Of a DNA stretch of 64,000 bases, positions 53,186 to 63,162 are shown piece after piece. Below the pieces are notes generated by a model that saw only the letters and a list, made by a program, of their open reading frames with translations, ran no database searches and was not told where the DNA came from. Both the position numbers and the translations under genes were made by a program. Every line of letters starts with the position of its first letter. Position 1 is the stretch's first letter. The DNA is taken from assembly GCA_963830455.1 (NCBI GenBank), contig CAWHMT010000004.1, positions 114,644-178,643 of the forward strand, in the 5' to 3' direction. This stretch comes from an uncultured Gemmatimonadales bacterium (GTDB taxonomy: Bacteria; Gemmatimonadota; Gemmatimonadetes; Gemmatimonadales; GWC2-71-9).

Positions 53186-56100
53186 CCCGCCGCTTTGCTC
53201 TTGCCGAGGTAGGTGCGCACGAGCGGCGCCGGCCGGCGCCGCAGCAGCGCGCCGCGCAGCATGTCGCGCTCCTCTGCCGGTACGTCGACGAGGAAGCGCT
53301 CTTTTCCTTCTGCTTCTTTCACGACGATCGGCACACCGTCACGGTAGAGGATTCTGTTGGTCGTAATCGCAGGGACGGCCTCATCGGGCGTCAGTATGCC
53401 CACGAGGTTGAGCGGATCCGCTCCACTCACGGCGATGAGCTCGTCGTCGCCCTGCTCCTTGCGTGTGCTGCGCAGCAGACCGATGGCCTCGGGCAGCGCG
53501 TACTGCTCCCCCGAGAACCCGCCGACGAACCGGCCGCCGCGGATCTCGCCGCGTGCTTCCAGCCGGCGGAACACTCGCAGGATGTCGCGCCAGGGAGCGA
53601 GCAAGGTCTCCCGCTGCACCAGCCGGCGGAACACGACGCCGTAGCGGCGCAGCAGCTGCCAGGCGATCGTCTCCGCCACTTGCTCTTCTGGAATGGCCGG
53701 CCGTGAATGCGCGCGGGCCCAGCGGCCGGCGTTCTCGACGCCGAACGGCGCAATGTGCCCGCGCCGCCGGTACCCGCCACCGAGCGGCCGCCGTCGATCC
53801 GAGGGCACAAGCAACGCCCGCAGTCCGGCAAAGCTGTCCGACGACACCAATCCCCAGGCCACCAGCTCCGCCAGCCCCTTTTCGACTTCGGTTCGGAGCA
53901 AGCCCGTCGCGTTGACGAGATCGCCGAAGAACTGCGCCCCGCGCGTGTCGAACGCGGCGAGCATCGCCTTGGCCGTGGACGAGAGCGGCAGCGTAGCCGG
54001 ATCGATCTCGGGAAGCCCGGCGCGCCAGATCTCGCCGCGGTCTCGCCGGAACAGCGCGATGGGCGTGCTCTTAACCGGCCCAACCTTTCTGTTCCGCGTT
54101 CCGCCTTCCGCGTTCCGCGTTGCCGTCAGTCGCCCCCACGCCACTTCCCCGGACAGGCACAGGCCATCCAGCCAGAGCGGGTCGTAATCGGTCAGCCGCG
54201 CCGGCAGAACCTCGGACTCCCACGCGCCGGCGGCCACTTCGTAACCGTCCAGCAGATCGAGAACCGCCGCTAGACCTTCGGGACCTTCGCCGCGCGAGCC
54301 CGTGGCCACACGCTGCCACTTGAAGAGGAAGCGCAGGAAATCGGCCGCTGCGACCGGCTCGATCTCTTTGCGAAGGCGGTCGAGCGTATAGCGATGAATG
54401 CGAGCCAGCAGCCGGCGCTCGCACCACTCGATCCCCTCGACTCCCGACGAGAACCGGCCGCGCAGCGCGAACCCCTCATGCTCGAGCCCAGCCAATGCGA
54501 TTTCGATGTCGCTCGGCGGCAGGCCGAGCGCCGCGGCGACATCGGCGGTCGTCGTTGGTCCCACGACCTCCAGCCGGCCGCGCACCAGTTCTCGAATCGC
54601 GTCTTCCCTGCTCCACGTCTTGGCGCGTTCGCGTTCGGGAGGCGTGACCACCGGCTCGACCGGAGCAGCGGGGAATGCGGCTTGCACCAGCGGCACGCGC
54701 TCGGTCGCGACCCAGAGCTTGCCGTCGAGCACCGTGGCGCGACCGGCCGCGACGAGTGTCGCGAAGTCACCGCTCCAATCCCTGGTCTTTCCGCCCTCGA
54801 CACTTGGCACCGCGCCCATGACGAGGAGAGCATCGTGCAGCTCGTCCGAATTCTCAGGATCCGGCCACGCCTGCTCCCTGACCAGGTCGATGGCGGCCTG
54901 ATCGAGCTTCCCGAACTCTTCGGCGCTCTTGACGTCCAGGCCACGACGCGTAATCACCGCGCGCGTCCGCCGCTCCTCGAGCGGCGCGTCGTCGAGGAAG
55001 GCATAGGGCCGCGCGTTCAAGACTTCGTGTGACAGCGGCGACGGCTCACTCGTGTCGCGGGCGATCATCGTGAACTGCCCCGCCTCCATCCCTTCGAGCA
55101 CCTTTTTCAAGCCCGGGAAGTCCATCGCCTCCAGCAGGCAGTCGGCGATCGTCTGGTTGACGAGCGGATGATCGGGGATCTCGCGGTCGCCAACGAGATT
55201 CTCGGGGCACGCGAGCTGATCCGGGAACACCGCTGCCACAAGGTCCTCCGCCTCCATGCGCTGCAGCGGCGTCGGCACCTTCCGGCCGCCCCGGAACCGC
55301 AGCACCGCGAGCGCGCGAGTCGCATTCCAGCGCCACCGCGTTCCAAAGACCGGGGCATCGAGCATCGCCTGCACGAGCAGATGCTCCGCCGTTGCCGGCT
55401 TGAGGTACTGGAAGACGTCGTCGAGCGGGAAGCTGTGCTGTGGCCCGAGCGACAACACGATCGCGTCCTCGGTCGCGGCCGCCTGCAGCTCGAAGTTGAA
55501 GCTGCGACAGAACCGCTTGCGCAGCGCGAGGCCCCACGCCCGGTTGATCCGGCTGCCGAACGGCGCGTGCAGGACGAGCTGCATGCCGCCCGCTTCGTCA
55601 AAGAAGCGCTCCAGCACCAGACATTGCTGCGTGGGGATCGTGCCGAGGATCTGCCGCGTGGCCGCGAGGTACTCGACGATCTGCCGCGCGCCGGCATCCG
55701 TCAGTCCGACCGTGTCGACCAGCCACGTGATGGCAGCCGGCAGATCATCGAGCCGGTCCGCGACATCCTGCCGAAGCCGTGACACTTCCTCGGACAGCTC
55801 ATTCGTGCGTCCGGGGGCTTCGCCAAGCCAGAACGGCAGCGTCGGTGGCTGCCCTTTGGCGTCGGCAACGCGAACCTGACCGGACTCGACTTTGACGATG
55901 AGATACGACGTGTTGCCCAGCTGGAAGATGTCGCCCGGGTTGCTCTCGATCGCGAAGTCTTCGTTGAGCGTGCCGACGAACGTCTCGGTTGGCTCGAGGA
56001 TCACGCGGTAGTCGCCGAGATCCGGAATGGCGCCACCGGAGGTGATGGCGGCGATGCGCGCGCCGCGACGGCCCTTGAGCTTCTTGTTGATCCCGTCGTA

Positions 56101-57504
56101 GTGGATGTGCGCGCTGCGCCGGCCGCGCCGGGTCGTGAAACCCTCCGCCAGCATCTGCACCACGTCGTCGAATTCCTTGCGAAGCAGATCCCGATACGGG
56201 TACGCCGAGCGGACCCGCTCGTAGAGCGTGTCCTCTTCCCACTCTTCGCCGGCCGCGGCCGCGACGATCTGCTGGGCAAGGATGTCGAGCGGCTTGTCGG
56301 GAATGATCAGCCGGTCGAGCCGGCCCTCGCGGGTGGCGCGCAACATGGCGGCGCACTCGATGAGCTCGTCCCGCGACAGGACGAACACCCGTCCCTTTGG
56401 AATCGCGCCGAGCCGGTGCCCCGCCCGTCCCACGCGCTGCAGCAATGTCGCGATCGATCGCGTCGACCCGACCTGGATCACGAGATCGACGCTGCCGATG
56501 TCGATGCCGAGCTCGAGCGACGCGGTGGCGACGAGGGCTTTGAGCTCGCCCTTCTTGAGACGCTCTTCGGCCTCGAAGCGTTTTTCTCGTGACAGGCTGC
56601 CGTGGTGACTGGTGACATGCTCGGCGCCAATCCGCTCCGAGAGCTGCATGGCGAGCCGCTCGGCCAGGCGCCGCGTGTTGACGAACACGAGCGTCGTCCG
56701 ATGCTGCGAGATGAGCTCGGCGATTCTGGTATTGACCTCTTCCCACACCTCGGCCGACATCACCGCCTCGAGCGGCGACGACGGAATCTCGAGCTCGAGG
56801 TCCAGGGTCCGAATGTGCCCCGCGTCCACGATCGTGGGCTGCGCGCGTCCCGTGCCGACGAGGAACTGCGCGATCTCCTCGATGGGCCGTTGTGTCGCTG
56901 ACAGACCGATGCGCTGCGGCCGCGTGCCGATCAGGGCGTCGAGCCGGGCGAGTGTCAGCGCCAGGTGGCTGCCGCGCTTGTCGCGGGCCACGGCATGGAT
57001 CTCGTCCACGATCACCACCCGCACCGACCGCAGCATCTCGCGGGCGCGCTCGGACGTGAGGATCAAGTAGAGCGATTCAGGGGTGGTGACGAGGATATGC
57101 GGCGGCTTCTTGAGCATCGCCTGCCGCTCGGACTGCGGTGTGTCGCCGGTGCGGACCAGCGTCCGCACTTCGACGTCGGGCAACCCCTGCTCCGCCATCT
57201 GCGCGCGAATCTCGGCGAGCGGCTCCGACAGGTTCTTCTGAACGTCGTTCGAGAGTGCCTTGAGCGGGGAGACGTAGACGACCTGCGTCTCGTCGCGTAA
57301 CTCGCCGTTCAGACCCTGGCGCACCAACCCGTCGATCGCCGACAGGAAAGCGGCGAACGTCTTGCCGGACCCCGTCGGCGCGGCGATCAATACATCGCCG
57401 CCCTGCCGGATTACCGGCCAGGCGCGCCGCTGAGGCTCCGTTGGCTCCGCGAATCGGTTGGCAAACCAGCGTTCGATGGCAGCATGAAAGAGAGACAGCG
57501 ACAT
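53182..57504 (-). CDS. lhr: Large ATP-dependent DEAD/DEAH helicase Lhr
   Basis: 1440 aa. [45 protein letters not shown], plus the long Lhr-type C-terminal extension. Confidence 0.9.
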   Translation of the reverse strand: MSLSLFHAAIERWFANRFAEPTEPQRRAWPVIRQGGDVLIAAPTGSGKTFAAFLSAIDGLVRQGLNGELRDETQVVYVSPLKALSNDVQKNLSEPLAEIRAQMAEQGLPDVEVRTLVRTGDTPQSERQAMLKKPPHILVTTPESLYLILTSERAREMLRSVRVVIVDEIHAVARDKRGSHLALTLARLDALIGTRPQRIGLSATQRPIEEIAQFLVGTGRAQPTIVDAGHIRTLDLELEIPSSPLEAVMSAEVWEEVNTRIAELISQHRTTLVFVNTRRLAERLAMQLSERIGAEHVTSHHGSLSREKRFEAEERLKKGELKALVATASLELGIDIGSVDLVIQVGSTRSIATLLQRVGRAGHRLGAIPKGRVFVLSRDELIECAAMLRATREGRLDRLIIPDKPLDILAQQIVAAAAGEEWEEDTLYERVRSAYPYRDLLRKEFDDVVQMLAEGFTTRRGRRSAHIHYDGINKKLKGRRGARIAAITSGGAIPDLGDYRVILEPTETFVGTLNEDFAIESNPGDIFQLGNTSYLIVKVESGQVRVADAKGQPPTLPFWLGEAPGRTNELSEEVSRLRQDVADRLDDLPAAITWLVDTVGLTDAGARQIVEYLAATRQILGTIPTQQCLVLERFFDEAGGMQLVLHAPFGSRINRAWGLALRKRFCRSFNFELQAAATEDAIVLSLGPQHSFPLDDVFQYLKPATAEHLLVQAMLDAPVFGTRWRWNATRALAVLRFRGGRKVPTPLQRMEAEDLVAAVFPDQLACPENLVGDREIPDHPLVNQTIADCLLEAMDFPGLKKVLEGMEAGQFTMIARDTSEPSPLSHEVLNARPYAFLDDAPLEERRTRAVITRRGLDVKSAEEFGKLDQAAIDLVREQAWPDPENSDELHDALLVMGAVPSVEGGKTRDWSGDFATLVAAGRATVLDGKLWVATERVPLVQAAFPAAPVEPVVTPPERERAKTWSREDAIRELVRGRLEVVGPTTTADVAAALGLPPSDIEIALAGLEHEGFALRGRFSSGVEGIEWCERRLLARIHRYTLDRLRKEIEPVAAADFLRFLFKWQRVATGSRGEGPEGLAAVLDLLDGYEVAAGAWESEVLPARLTDYDPLWLDGLCLSGEVAWGRLTATRNAEGGTRNRKVGPVKSTPIALFRRDRGEIWRAGLPEIDPATLPLSSTAKAMLAAFDTRGAQFFGDLVNATGLLRTEVEKGLAELVAWGLVSSDSFAGLRALLVPSDRRRPLGGGYRRRGHIAPFGVENAGRWARAHSRPAIPEEQVAETIAWQLLRRYGVVFRRLVQRETLLAPWRDILRVFRRLEARGEIRGGRFVGGFSGEQYALPEAIGLLRSTRKEQGDDELIAVSGADPLNLVGILTPDEAVPAITTNRILYRDGVPIVVKEAEGKERFLVDVPAEERDMLRGALLRRRPAPLVRTYLGKSKAAG
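54091..54125. repeat. 7-nt tandem repeat (4 units plus 1 degenerate) inside lhr
   Basis: GTTCCGC GTTCCGC CTTCCGC GTTCCGC GTTGCCG on the plus strand. The coding strand reads GCGGAAC repeats and encodes [11 protein letters not shown]. Confidence 0.55.
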
Positions 57505-57508
57505 AAGG

Positions 57509-57525
57509 CCCGAAATATACCCGAA
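57509..57525 (-). promoter_or_regulatory. TTCGGG-N5-TTCGGG box (copy 3) overlapping a TATATT -10; leaderless-type promoter of lhr
   Basis: Minus strand reads TTCGGGTATATTTCGGG-CCTT-ATG. TATATT (57519-57514) lies 9 nt before the lhr ATG (57504). Confidence 0.5.
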
Positions 57526-57534
57526 ACCCGCGCC

Positions 57535-58785
57535 CTAGTGAACCTGCCGGGGTCCCGGGTCCACCGTCTTATCGGATGACCGCTCGAGCTTTTCGAAGAA
57601 CTTCTCGAGAATGGGCCATTGCAAGCCGACATCCTCGTAGCCCGCTTCTACAAGGAGCGACGTATACGCCGGGTGAAACAGGACGAAGCCCAGCATCTCC
57701 GAGGCGCCGGCGCGGTGCCCGCCGAGTGCCCGAACCGCATGGCGAACGTTGGACGGCAACAGGTGTGTCTGCCCCGCCGCCAGTTTCCCCAAGTCCTTCG
57801 AGGGATGGAGCAGTAGCAGCTCCACCGGTCGGAGGTTTTCAGGAGCCGATTTCCCTTCCGGAATGGCCGCGATCAGGTGATTGATGCGATCCAGGCGCTC
57901 GGCATCGGCTTCGAGGGCATCGAGGAATATGGCATCGAACAGCAATCCCACTGCTTCCGCGGCCGCGGGGGCATCCATCTCGCGCGGGACGACGCGCGGT
58001 ACCCGGGTCCTGCTCAAGCCGATCGCCAGGATCGCCCGGGCACCGAGGTGGAGCGCGGGCGCGAGCGGCGCCATTTGACGCACACTCCCATCCCCATAGA
58101 ACTCGTCCCCAATCCGCACCGCCGGAAACATCAACGGCAGCGCTGCGGACGCCATCACGTGATCGTGCGTGAGCTGGGTGCGCACGGCTAACCGCTGGGC
58201 GCGCTCCCACATCGGTACTTCTGCCGCTGCCTGCACGAAGGACACGGCACGTCCGGTCGTGTATGAGGTCGCGTTGATCGCGACCGCGCGCAGCCGCTGA
58301 TTGGCGATATTTGCGGTAATCCCCCGCAGCTCGCTGCTGCTGCTCAAGAAATCGCGAAGGGGCTTGGTGTCCGCCAACCCGCGGATGCCTCCTGGACCGC
58401 CACCCATCCCGATTGCGCCTTTGACCCCCATCCGCGCGAGGGAAAGGATCAGGTTGAAAAGCCTGACCTGATAGACACCTTCGGTCGTGAGGCGTGCCCA
58501 TGCCCCGCGCAGACCAGCCACCGCTTCCCTGAGCGCATCCAGGTGCGACGCGAGGTAAATCGCGTTGATCGCGCCCACCGATGTGCCGGAGATGATCGGG
58601 AATGCAAGACCCGGAAGGCGCTCCGCGAGCCCCGCGAGCACGCCGACCTGGTACGCCCCCCGCGCGCCGCCGCCGCCCAGCACCAGCGCGAGGTGGGATG
58701 AGTATTTCCACACCCCTGAGGGTCGCTCGTCCGGCCTGGTGAGGTCGATCGGCTTTGCAGAGGGGATGTGGCGAATGCCACTCAT
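57535..58785 (-). CDS. Patatin-like phospholipase
   Basis: LVLGGGGARGAYQVGVL (oxyanion GGGxRG), GTSVGA (GxSxG), YGDGS (DG catalytic Asp). Confidence 0.85.
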   Translation of the reverse strand: MSGIRHIPSAKPIDLTRPDERPSGVWKYSSHLALVLGGGGARGAYQVGVLAGLAERLPGLAFPIISGTSVGAINAIYLASHLDALREAVAGLRGAWARLTTEGVYQVRLFNLILSLARMGVKGAIGMGGGPGGIRGLADTKPLRDFLSSSSELRGITANIANQRLRAVAINATSYTTGRAVSFVQAAAEVPMWERAQRLAVRTQLTHDHVMASAALPLMFPAVRIGDEFYGDGSVRQMAPLAPALHLGARAILAIGLSRTRVPRVVPREMDAPAAAEAVGLLFDAIFLDALEADAERLDRINHLIAAIPEGKSAPENLRPVELLLLHPSKDLGKLAAGQTHLLPSNVRHAVRALGGHRAGASEMLGFVLFHPAYTSLLVEAGYEDVGLQWPILEKFFEKLERSSDKTVDPGPRQVH

Positions 58786-58792
58786 GGTCAGG

Positions 58793-60010
58793 TCAGCTTG
58801 GGACCAGGGACAAACCGCGCCGCGTCATGATGCGCTCGATGGTTTCTCCGATCTTGTTGTTCGGGGTCGAGGCCCCCGCGGTAATGCCGATCGTGAGCCG
58901 CCCCTCGGGCAACCAGTGGTCCCGGCGCTGCTCGGTGGAATGCAGACCGACCGGCCGAAACCGAATGCTTCCGTCCGCCACGTCGATACAGGCCGCGTCT
59001 TCGATGTGGTACGTCGGCACCTTCTCGTTGCAGATCGCGGCCAAATGAGTCGTGTTGCTCGAATTGTACCCACCGATCACGACCATCAGATCCAGCGGGT
59101 CCGCGATCAGCTTGAGCACGGCATCCTGCCGCTCCTGGGTGGCTGAGCAGATCGTGTCGAAGGTGCGGAAATGCTCCTGGACCGAGCCGTTGCCCCAGCG
59201 ACGGGCCATGCTTTTCCCCACCTCGGCAGCGATCGCCAGTGACTCGCCCGACAACATCGTGGTCTGATTCGCGACCCCGACCCGCTGCAGATCCCGATCA
59301 GGATCGAAACCGGGCGACATCTTTCCCGTGAACTGTTGCAGAAACTGCTCCCTGCTCCCTGCTCCCTCGATGTAAGCGCAGACCAAGCGCGCTTCACTCA
59401 TATCACGCACGACCAGGTATCTGCCGCCCGGATACTTGTTCACCTGGCTCGAGGTGGCCTTCGTCTCCTCGTGGTAGTTCTTCCCGTGGATCAGCGCCGT
59501 GAAGCCGTCGCGCGCGTACGATTCCACCCGCTTCCAGACGTTCAACACCGAGCCGCACGTCGTATCGACCAGTACGCAGCCGGTTTTCCGCAACCGCTCG
59601 AAGTCACGGACCGTCACACCGAACGCCGGAAGGATCACCACGTCATCCGCGGTCACTGAGCTGAAGTCGAACTCGCCGTCGCGGTCCTCGGGACGGTGCA
59701 GGAACTTCACCCCCATTGCCTCGAGCTTGTGGTTGACGTGCGGGTTGTGAATGATCTCACCAACGAGAAAGGTGCGCTTGTCCGGAAACTTGGTGCGGGT
59801 TTCGTAGGCGTACTCCACGGCGCGATCCACGCCGTAACAGAACCCGAACTCGCCCGCCAGGCGGAACGTCAGATCGCCGACTTCCAGCGTATAGCCGGAG
59901 GCGCGGATCGCGTCCACCACGCGGCTGTGGTAGTCGGCGGTCAGGGCGCCTTCGATGGCGCCTTTGAGACCAAAGCCTTTGCGGAAATAGGTCTGTTCCA
60001 CGGCCCTCAA
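58793..60010 (-). CDS. ispH: 4-hydroxy-3-methylbut-2-enyl diphosphate reductase (long form)
   Basis: GFCYGVDRAVE, EIIHNPHV, VDTTCGSVLNVW, VIGGYNSSNT. 405 aa with the N-terminal extension seen in long IspH forms. Confidence 0.9.
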   Translation of the reverse strand: MRAVEQTYFRKGFGLKGAIEGALTADYHSRVVDAIRASGYTLEVGDLTFRLAGEFGFCYGVDRAVEYAYETRTKFPDKRTFLVGEIIHNPHVNHKLEAMGVKFLHRPEDRDGEFDFSSVTADDVVILPAFGVTVRDFERLRKTGCVLVDTTCGSVLNVWKRVESYARDGFTALIHGKNYHEETKATSSQVNKYPGGRYLVVRDMSEARLVCAYIEGAGSREQFLQQFTGKMSPGFDPDRDLQRVGVANQTTMLSGESLAIAAEVGKSMARRWGNGSVQEHFRTFDTICSATQERQDAVLKLIADPLDLMVVIGGYNSSNTTHLAAICNEKVPTYHIEDAACIDVADGSIRFRPVGLHSTEQRRDHWLPEGRLTIGITAGASTPNNKIGETIERIMTRRGLSLVPS

Positions 60011-61080
60011 TCTAACCGCACGCCTCGAGCGCTGCGGACGGCATCGAGGACGCGCTGCACTTGCCAGCCATCGCGGAATGTCGCGGGCTCACCGTGCGGA
60101 GTGCCGCCGCGAATCACGTGAATCATCTCACGCATCAGCCGCACGAACGAGCGTGCCCACATGTTGTTCGGCTTGGTCTGCTCCCAGAGATCGTCGGGCG
60201 CGGACACGTCTTCGAGCGGACCGCCGCTGGTTCCGAACTCGAGCTTGGTCTCCCCGCTCAGGAGCAGCGTGCCTTTGCTCCCAGTCACCTGCCCCAGGTG
60301 CCCCGGTCCATGATGCGCGACGGTGCTGAGCGTGATCGACGCGACGACTCCGCTCGCCGTCTGCAGCACGCAGCTCGAAAAATCATCCGCGGTCACCGGT
60401 CGCGGATGGCCCGCTTCATCGGTGCGTTGCCTGACGAACGTCTCCGCGAGACCCGCCACATAACGGATTTCGCTGCCGCACCAGAATCGGCAGAGATCGA
60501 TGAGATGCGACCCTACCGCGCCGAGGATCCCGCCGCCTCGTGCCGCGTCGAACCACCAGGTCCAGGGCGCGTCGAACGCTTGTGGTCTCCCGTCGCCGCG
60601 CAGGTACGGCTTGAGCGACAGCTCGATGTGGCGCAGCTCCCCCAGCGCATTCGAGCGAATCAGCTCGCGGGCGCGCCGGCGGTTCGGCTCATACCGCAGT
60701 TCGTGGTCAATCCACGCGATACTGTCGGGATGCTGTGCAGATGCTGCCACCATCTGAGCGGCCTCGAAAGCGTCGATCGCCATGGGTTTTTCGCACAGAA
60801 CGTGTTTTCCCGCTTCGAGGGCGGCGATGGCGTAGCGGGCGTGCGAATCAGGCGTCGATGAGACGATGACGAGATCTACGTCCGGCGATCGCGCCAGCTC
60901 GATGCCATCGCTGAACACGAGCGGCAATCCAAAGTCGCGCGCGACCGCGTCGGCGTTGGCGCGATGGCCGCTCGCGATCGCGACAGGTTTCGCTCCCGGG
61001 ACGAGCGCGAGCCCGGGCAGCTGCACGCGGCGCGCGAATCCCGATCCGACGAGCCCCACGCGCACATCGCCGCGCGTCAT
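60007..61080 (-). CDS. Gfo/Idh/MocA-family NAD(P)-dependent oxidoreductase
   Basis: VRVGLVGSGFARRVQLPGL Rossmann N-terminus, EKPMA motif (LCEKPMAIDAFEA). 4-nt overlap with ispH. Confidence 0.85.
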   Translation of the reverse strand: MTRGDVRVGLVGSGFARRVQLPGLALVPGAKPVAIASGHRANADAVARDFGLPLVFSDGIELARSPDVDLVIVSSTPDSHARYAIAALEAGKHVLCEKPMAIDAFEAAQMVAASAQHPDSIAWIDHELRYEPNRRRARELIRSNALGELRHIELSLKPYLRGDGRPQAFDAPWTWWFDAARGGGILGAVGSHLIDLCRFWCGSEIRYVAGLAETFVRQRTDEAGHPRPVTADDFSSCVLQTASGVVASITLSTVAHHGPGHLGQVTGSKGTLLLSGETKLEFGTSGGPLEDVSAPDDLWEQTKPNNMWARSFVRLMREMIHVIRGGTPHGEPATFRDGWQVQRVLDAVRSARGVRLD

Positions 61081-61712
61081 GGCGCGTGCGTGCAGGGCAG
61101 CGTGTCGGTTCCAATCGGAACATCGCGAGATTCGATCTGCGCGTGAATCCGGATTGCATTCTCGACGCCGATACCCGTGCTCGTGATCCGGATCGTGGCG
61201 CCGTCGCGTTGAACCAGGACGCTGCCGCTGTCGAGCGAATAACCGTGCGGAGTGTCGTGAACGAAAAACCGGATGGCCACCACCGCAGCGGGGACGGCGG
61301 CCGTATCGTTGGGAATGACGATCGGTACAGAATCGGAGCTGAGACTGTCTCGGTAGCGCAGTCGCACGAGCACACCGCTGCCTTCCGGGCTCAACGATTC
61401 GAGCAACAATGAACGACCGTCACTGCACCACGTGGCGGTCGCGGGCAGCGACAGGCGAATCGTGTCATTGGGTGGAAACGCGATCATCGCGTCGAGCCGC
61501 CGCGGCGCTTGCTCCGGTTCATCAGCGCCGCAGGCTAAGGAGAGAAGAAGGGGGACGGGAGTGAAGATCTTCAGCGCGGAGATACGGTAACCCCCAGAGA
61601 CTGACGGGCCGCTTCTGGAGTAAGGGTGTGCGGGGCCAACGCCCCGATCAGTCCGCGTGGCAACGGGGTTGGCTTGAGCCGCTTCCGATCGACACACACC
61701 AGCACCATCCAT
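61077..61712 (-). CDS. Hypothetical lipoprotein (start uncertain; probably CTG 61574)
   Basis: The ORF-track ATG 61712 overlaps the thioesterase gene by about 140 nt. In-frame CTG 61574, overlapping the thioesterase TGA (CTGA), gives (M)KIFTPVPLLLSLAC/GADE, a textbook lipoprotein signal. Confidence 0.5.
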   Translation of the reverse strand: MDGAGVCRSEAAQANPVATRTDRGVGPAHPYSRSGPSVSGGYRISALKIFTPVPLLLSLACGADEPEQAPRRLDAMIAFPPNDTIRLSLPATATWCSDGRSLLLESLSPEGSGVLVRLRYRDSLSSDSVPIVIPNDTAAVPAAVVAIRFFVHDTPHGYSLDSGSVLVQRDGATIRITSTGIGVENAIRIHAQIESRDVPIGTDTLPCTHAP

Positions 61713-62056
61713 CCCGCGGCGTCGAGCGCGTGGCGATCCGCGCGCATCACGTCGAAGTGCAGGGTCAGCGACTTCGTGCCGACCTTCCCAACGTACGCGG
61801 CGATGCGGAGCCGATCGTCCAAGCGGGCGGGCCAGTAGAATTCGCTGTGCACAGCTTTGCGAGGCAGGAAAATATCGTACTCGTCGAACATGCTGGCGTA
61901 CGCCAGTCCGCAGTGCCGGAACAGCTCCGTCTCGGCGATCTCAAACAGCCGCACGTAGGACCCGTAAAAAATGATTCCCGCGAAGTCTACGTCCGACCAG
62001 CGGACGTACTCTTCAATGACGAACGGAGCCGGTGCTGCGGGGTCGGGGGATGGCAT
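61571..62056 (-). CDS. Hotdog-fold acyl-CoA thioesterase (YbgC/4HBT-like)
   Basis: VRWSDVDFAGIIFYGSYVRLFEIAETELF is the 4HBT catalytic Asp region. 161 aa. Confidence 0.8.
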   Translation of the reverse strand: MPSPDPAAPAPFVIEEYVRWSDVDFAGIIFYGSYVRLFEIAETELFRHCGLAYASMFDEYDIFLPRKAVHSEFYWPARLDDRLRIAAYVGKVGTKSLTLHFDVMRADRHALDAAGWMVLVCVDRKRLKPTPLPRGLIGALAPHTLTPEAARQSLGVTVSPR

Positions 62057-62076
62057 CCCCCGGGGAAGCTAGGACC

Positions 62077-62505
62077 CTACGGAGAGGCGCGAAAGCCGTC
62101 CACGCCATAGGACTTGAGCCGCCGCCACAACGTGGTTCGGCTGATGCCGAGACGGCGCGCGGTCTCCGCGAGCTTGCCGCTCGTGTCCTGGAGTGTGTCG
62201 GTGATGGCCTGGCGTTCGCGTTCGGCGAGGGTGAGAGGACCGGCCTGAGGAAGAATCGCTGCTTCGCCGAGACTCTGGGCGCCGCTTCTTAGCGGCGCGA
62301 AGCGAGCCCCGAGACTTTGCAGCCGGTTGCGCACGTCGCCGTTCTGCCCGTCGATCGCCCGGCGCGCCGCGGCGTTGGCGTAGAGCATGCGACCTTGCTG
62401 ATCGAAGATGACGACCCCTTCGCTGACGGAGTCGATGACCGCGCGAGCGAGCGGCGAGAAAGCGGCGGGGACGGTGCTCGTAGGAGCGAGAGGTTTGTCA
62501 ATCAT
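62077..62505 (-). CDS. Small PAS-like + Fis-type HTH transcriptional regulator
   Basis: C-terminal ERERQAITDTLQDTSGKLAETARRLGISRTTLWRRLKSYG (HTH_8). N-terminal VIDSVSEGVVIFDQQGRMLYANAAARR is PAS-like. Confidence 0.65.
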   Translation of the reverse strand: MIDKPLAPTSTVPAAFSPLARAVIDSVSEGVVIFDQQGRMLYANAAARRAIDGQNGDVRNRLQSLGARFAPLRSGAQSLGEAAILPQAGPLTLAERERQAITDTLQDTSGKLAETARRLGISRTTLWRRLKSYGVDGFRASP

Positions 62506-62670
62506 TGGTCATCCTCATACAAATCTCAGGGGTCCAAGGTTTCATTCCGTACAGAACCGGTGTTAGGGTCGTGTCAAGATGAGACTCGGTGGCCGGACAA
62601 AAGGTTGCTGGTTTGTTTCGACTTGCGCCTTTCCGAGCAGATTCCCATTATTGACCGACAGGACAACAAC

Positions 62671-63162
62671 GTGCCAAAAGACGCATCCTCAACCCGCACC
62701 GGGATCCTTGCAGCGGCTGTGCAGACGCTGCAACGCGCCGGCGTCGAAGGATTCACGCTGGACGCGGTCGCGCGGCGAGCCGGCGTCGTCAAAGGCCTCG
62801 TCCTCTACCATTACGGATCACGCGCACGGTTGCTGCGCACCGCCGCATCCCAGGTAGCCGACAGCCGCGATACCGCACTGATGCGGGCCCTCGCCACCGG
62901 ATCGGGAATGGCGGGCGTCGACGCGTGCTGGGAGGAGCTTCGCCGACAAGCCGAAGACGGCACCGCACGCGCGTGGTTGAGCCTGTGCGCGGCCGGGCTG
63001 ATTGACCGATCGGCCAGGAATGACGAGCTGGAAGAAGCTGCTCGCTGGGTCGTGGTGGACGGCTGCGCGCTGACGCTCGCGTCCGGCGTGCCACTCAACG
63101 ACGCACGCGACGCCTACAATGCTCTGTGGCTTGCCCTATTGGAGGTGACCGAGGACGCCTAG
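62671..63162 (+). CDS. TetR/AcrR-family transcriptional regulator
   Basis: Start GTG 62671. TRTGILAAAVQTLQRAGVEGFTLDAVARRAGVVKGLVLYHYGSR is the TetR HTH. Confidence 0.8.
   Translation: MPKDASSTRTGILAAAVQTLQRAGVEGFTLDAVARRAGVVKGLVLYHYGSRARLLRTAASQVADSRDTALMRALATGSGMAGVDACWEELRRQAEDGTARAWLSLCAAGLIDRSARNDELEEAARWVVVDGCALTLASGVPLNDARDAYNALWLALLEVTEDA

Noticed and set aside
53182-57504. Lhr considered as the BrxHII-type helicase partner of the methyltransferase.
   Set aside because: It lies 17 kb away on the opposite strand, separated by unrelated housekeeping operons. It has its own promoter, shared in type with imuB, which fits a DNA-repair role.
57535-58785. Patatin-like phospholipase considered as a CBASS/defence effector.
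   Set aside because: There is no cyclase, E1/E2, SAVED or other signalling gene nearby. It sits in a co-directional string with ispH and an oxidoreductase.
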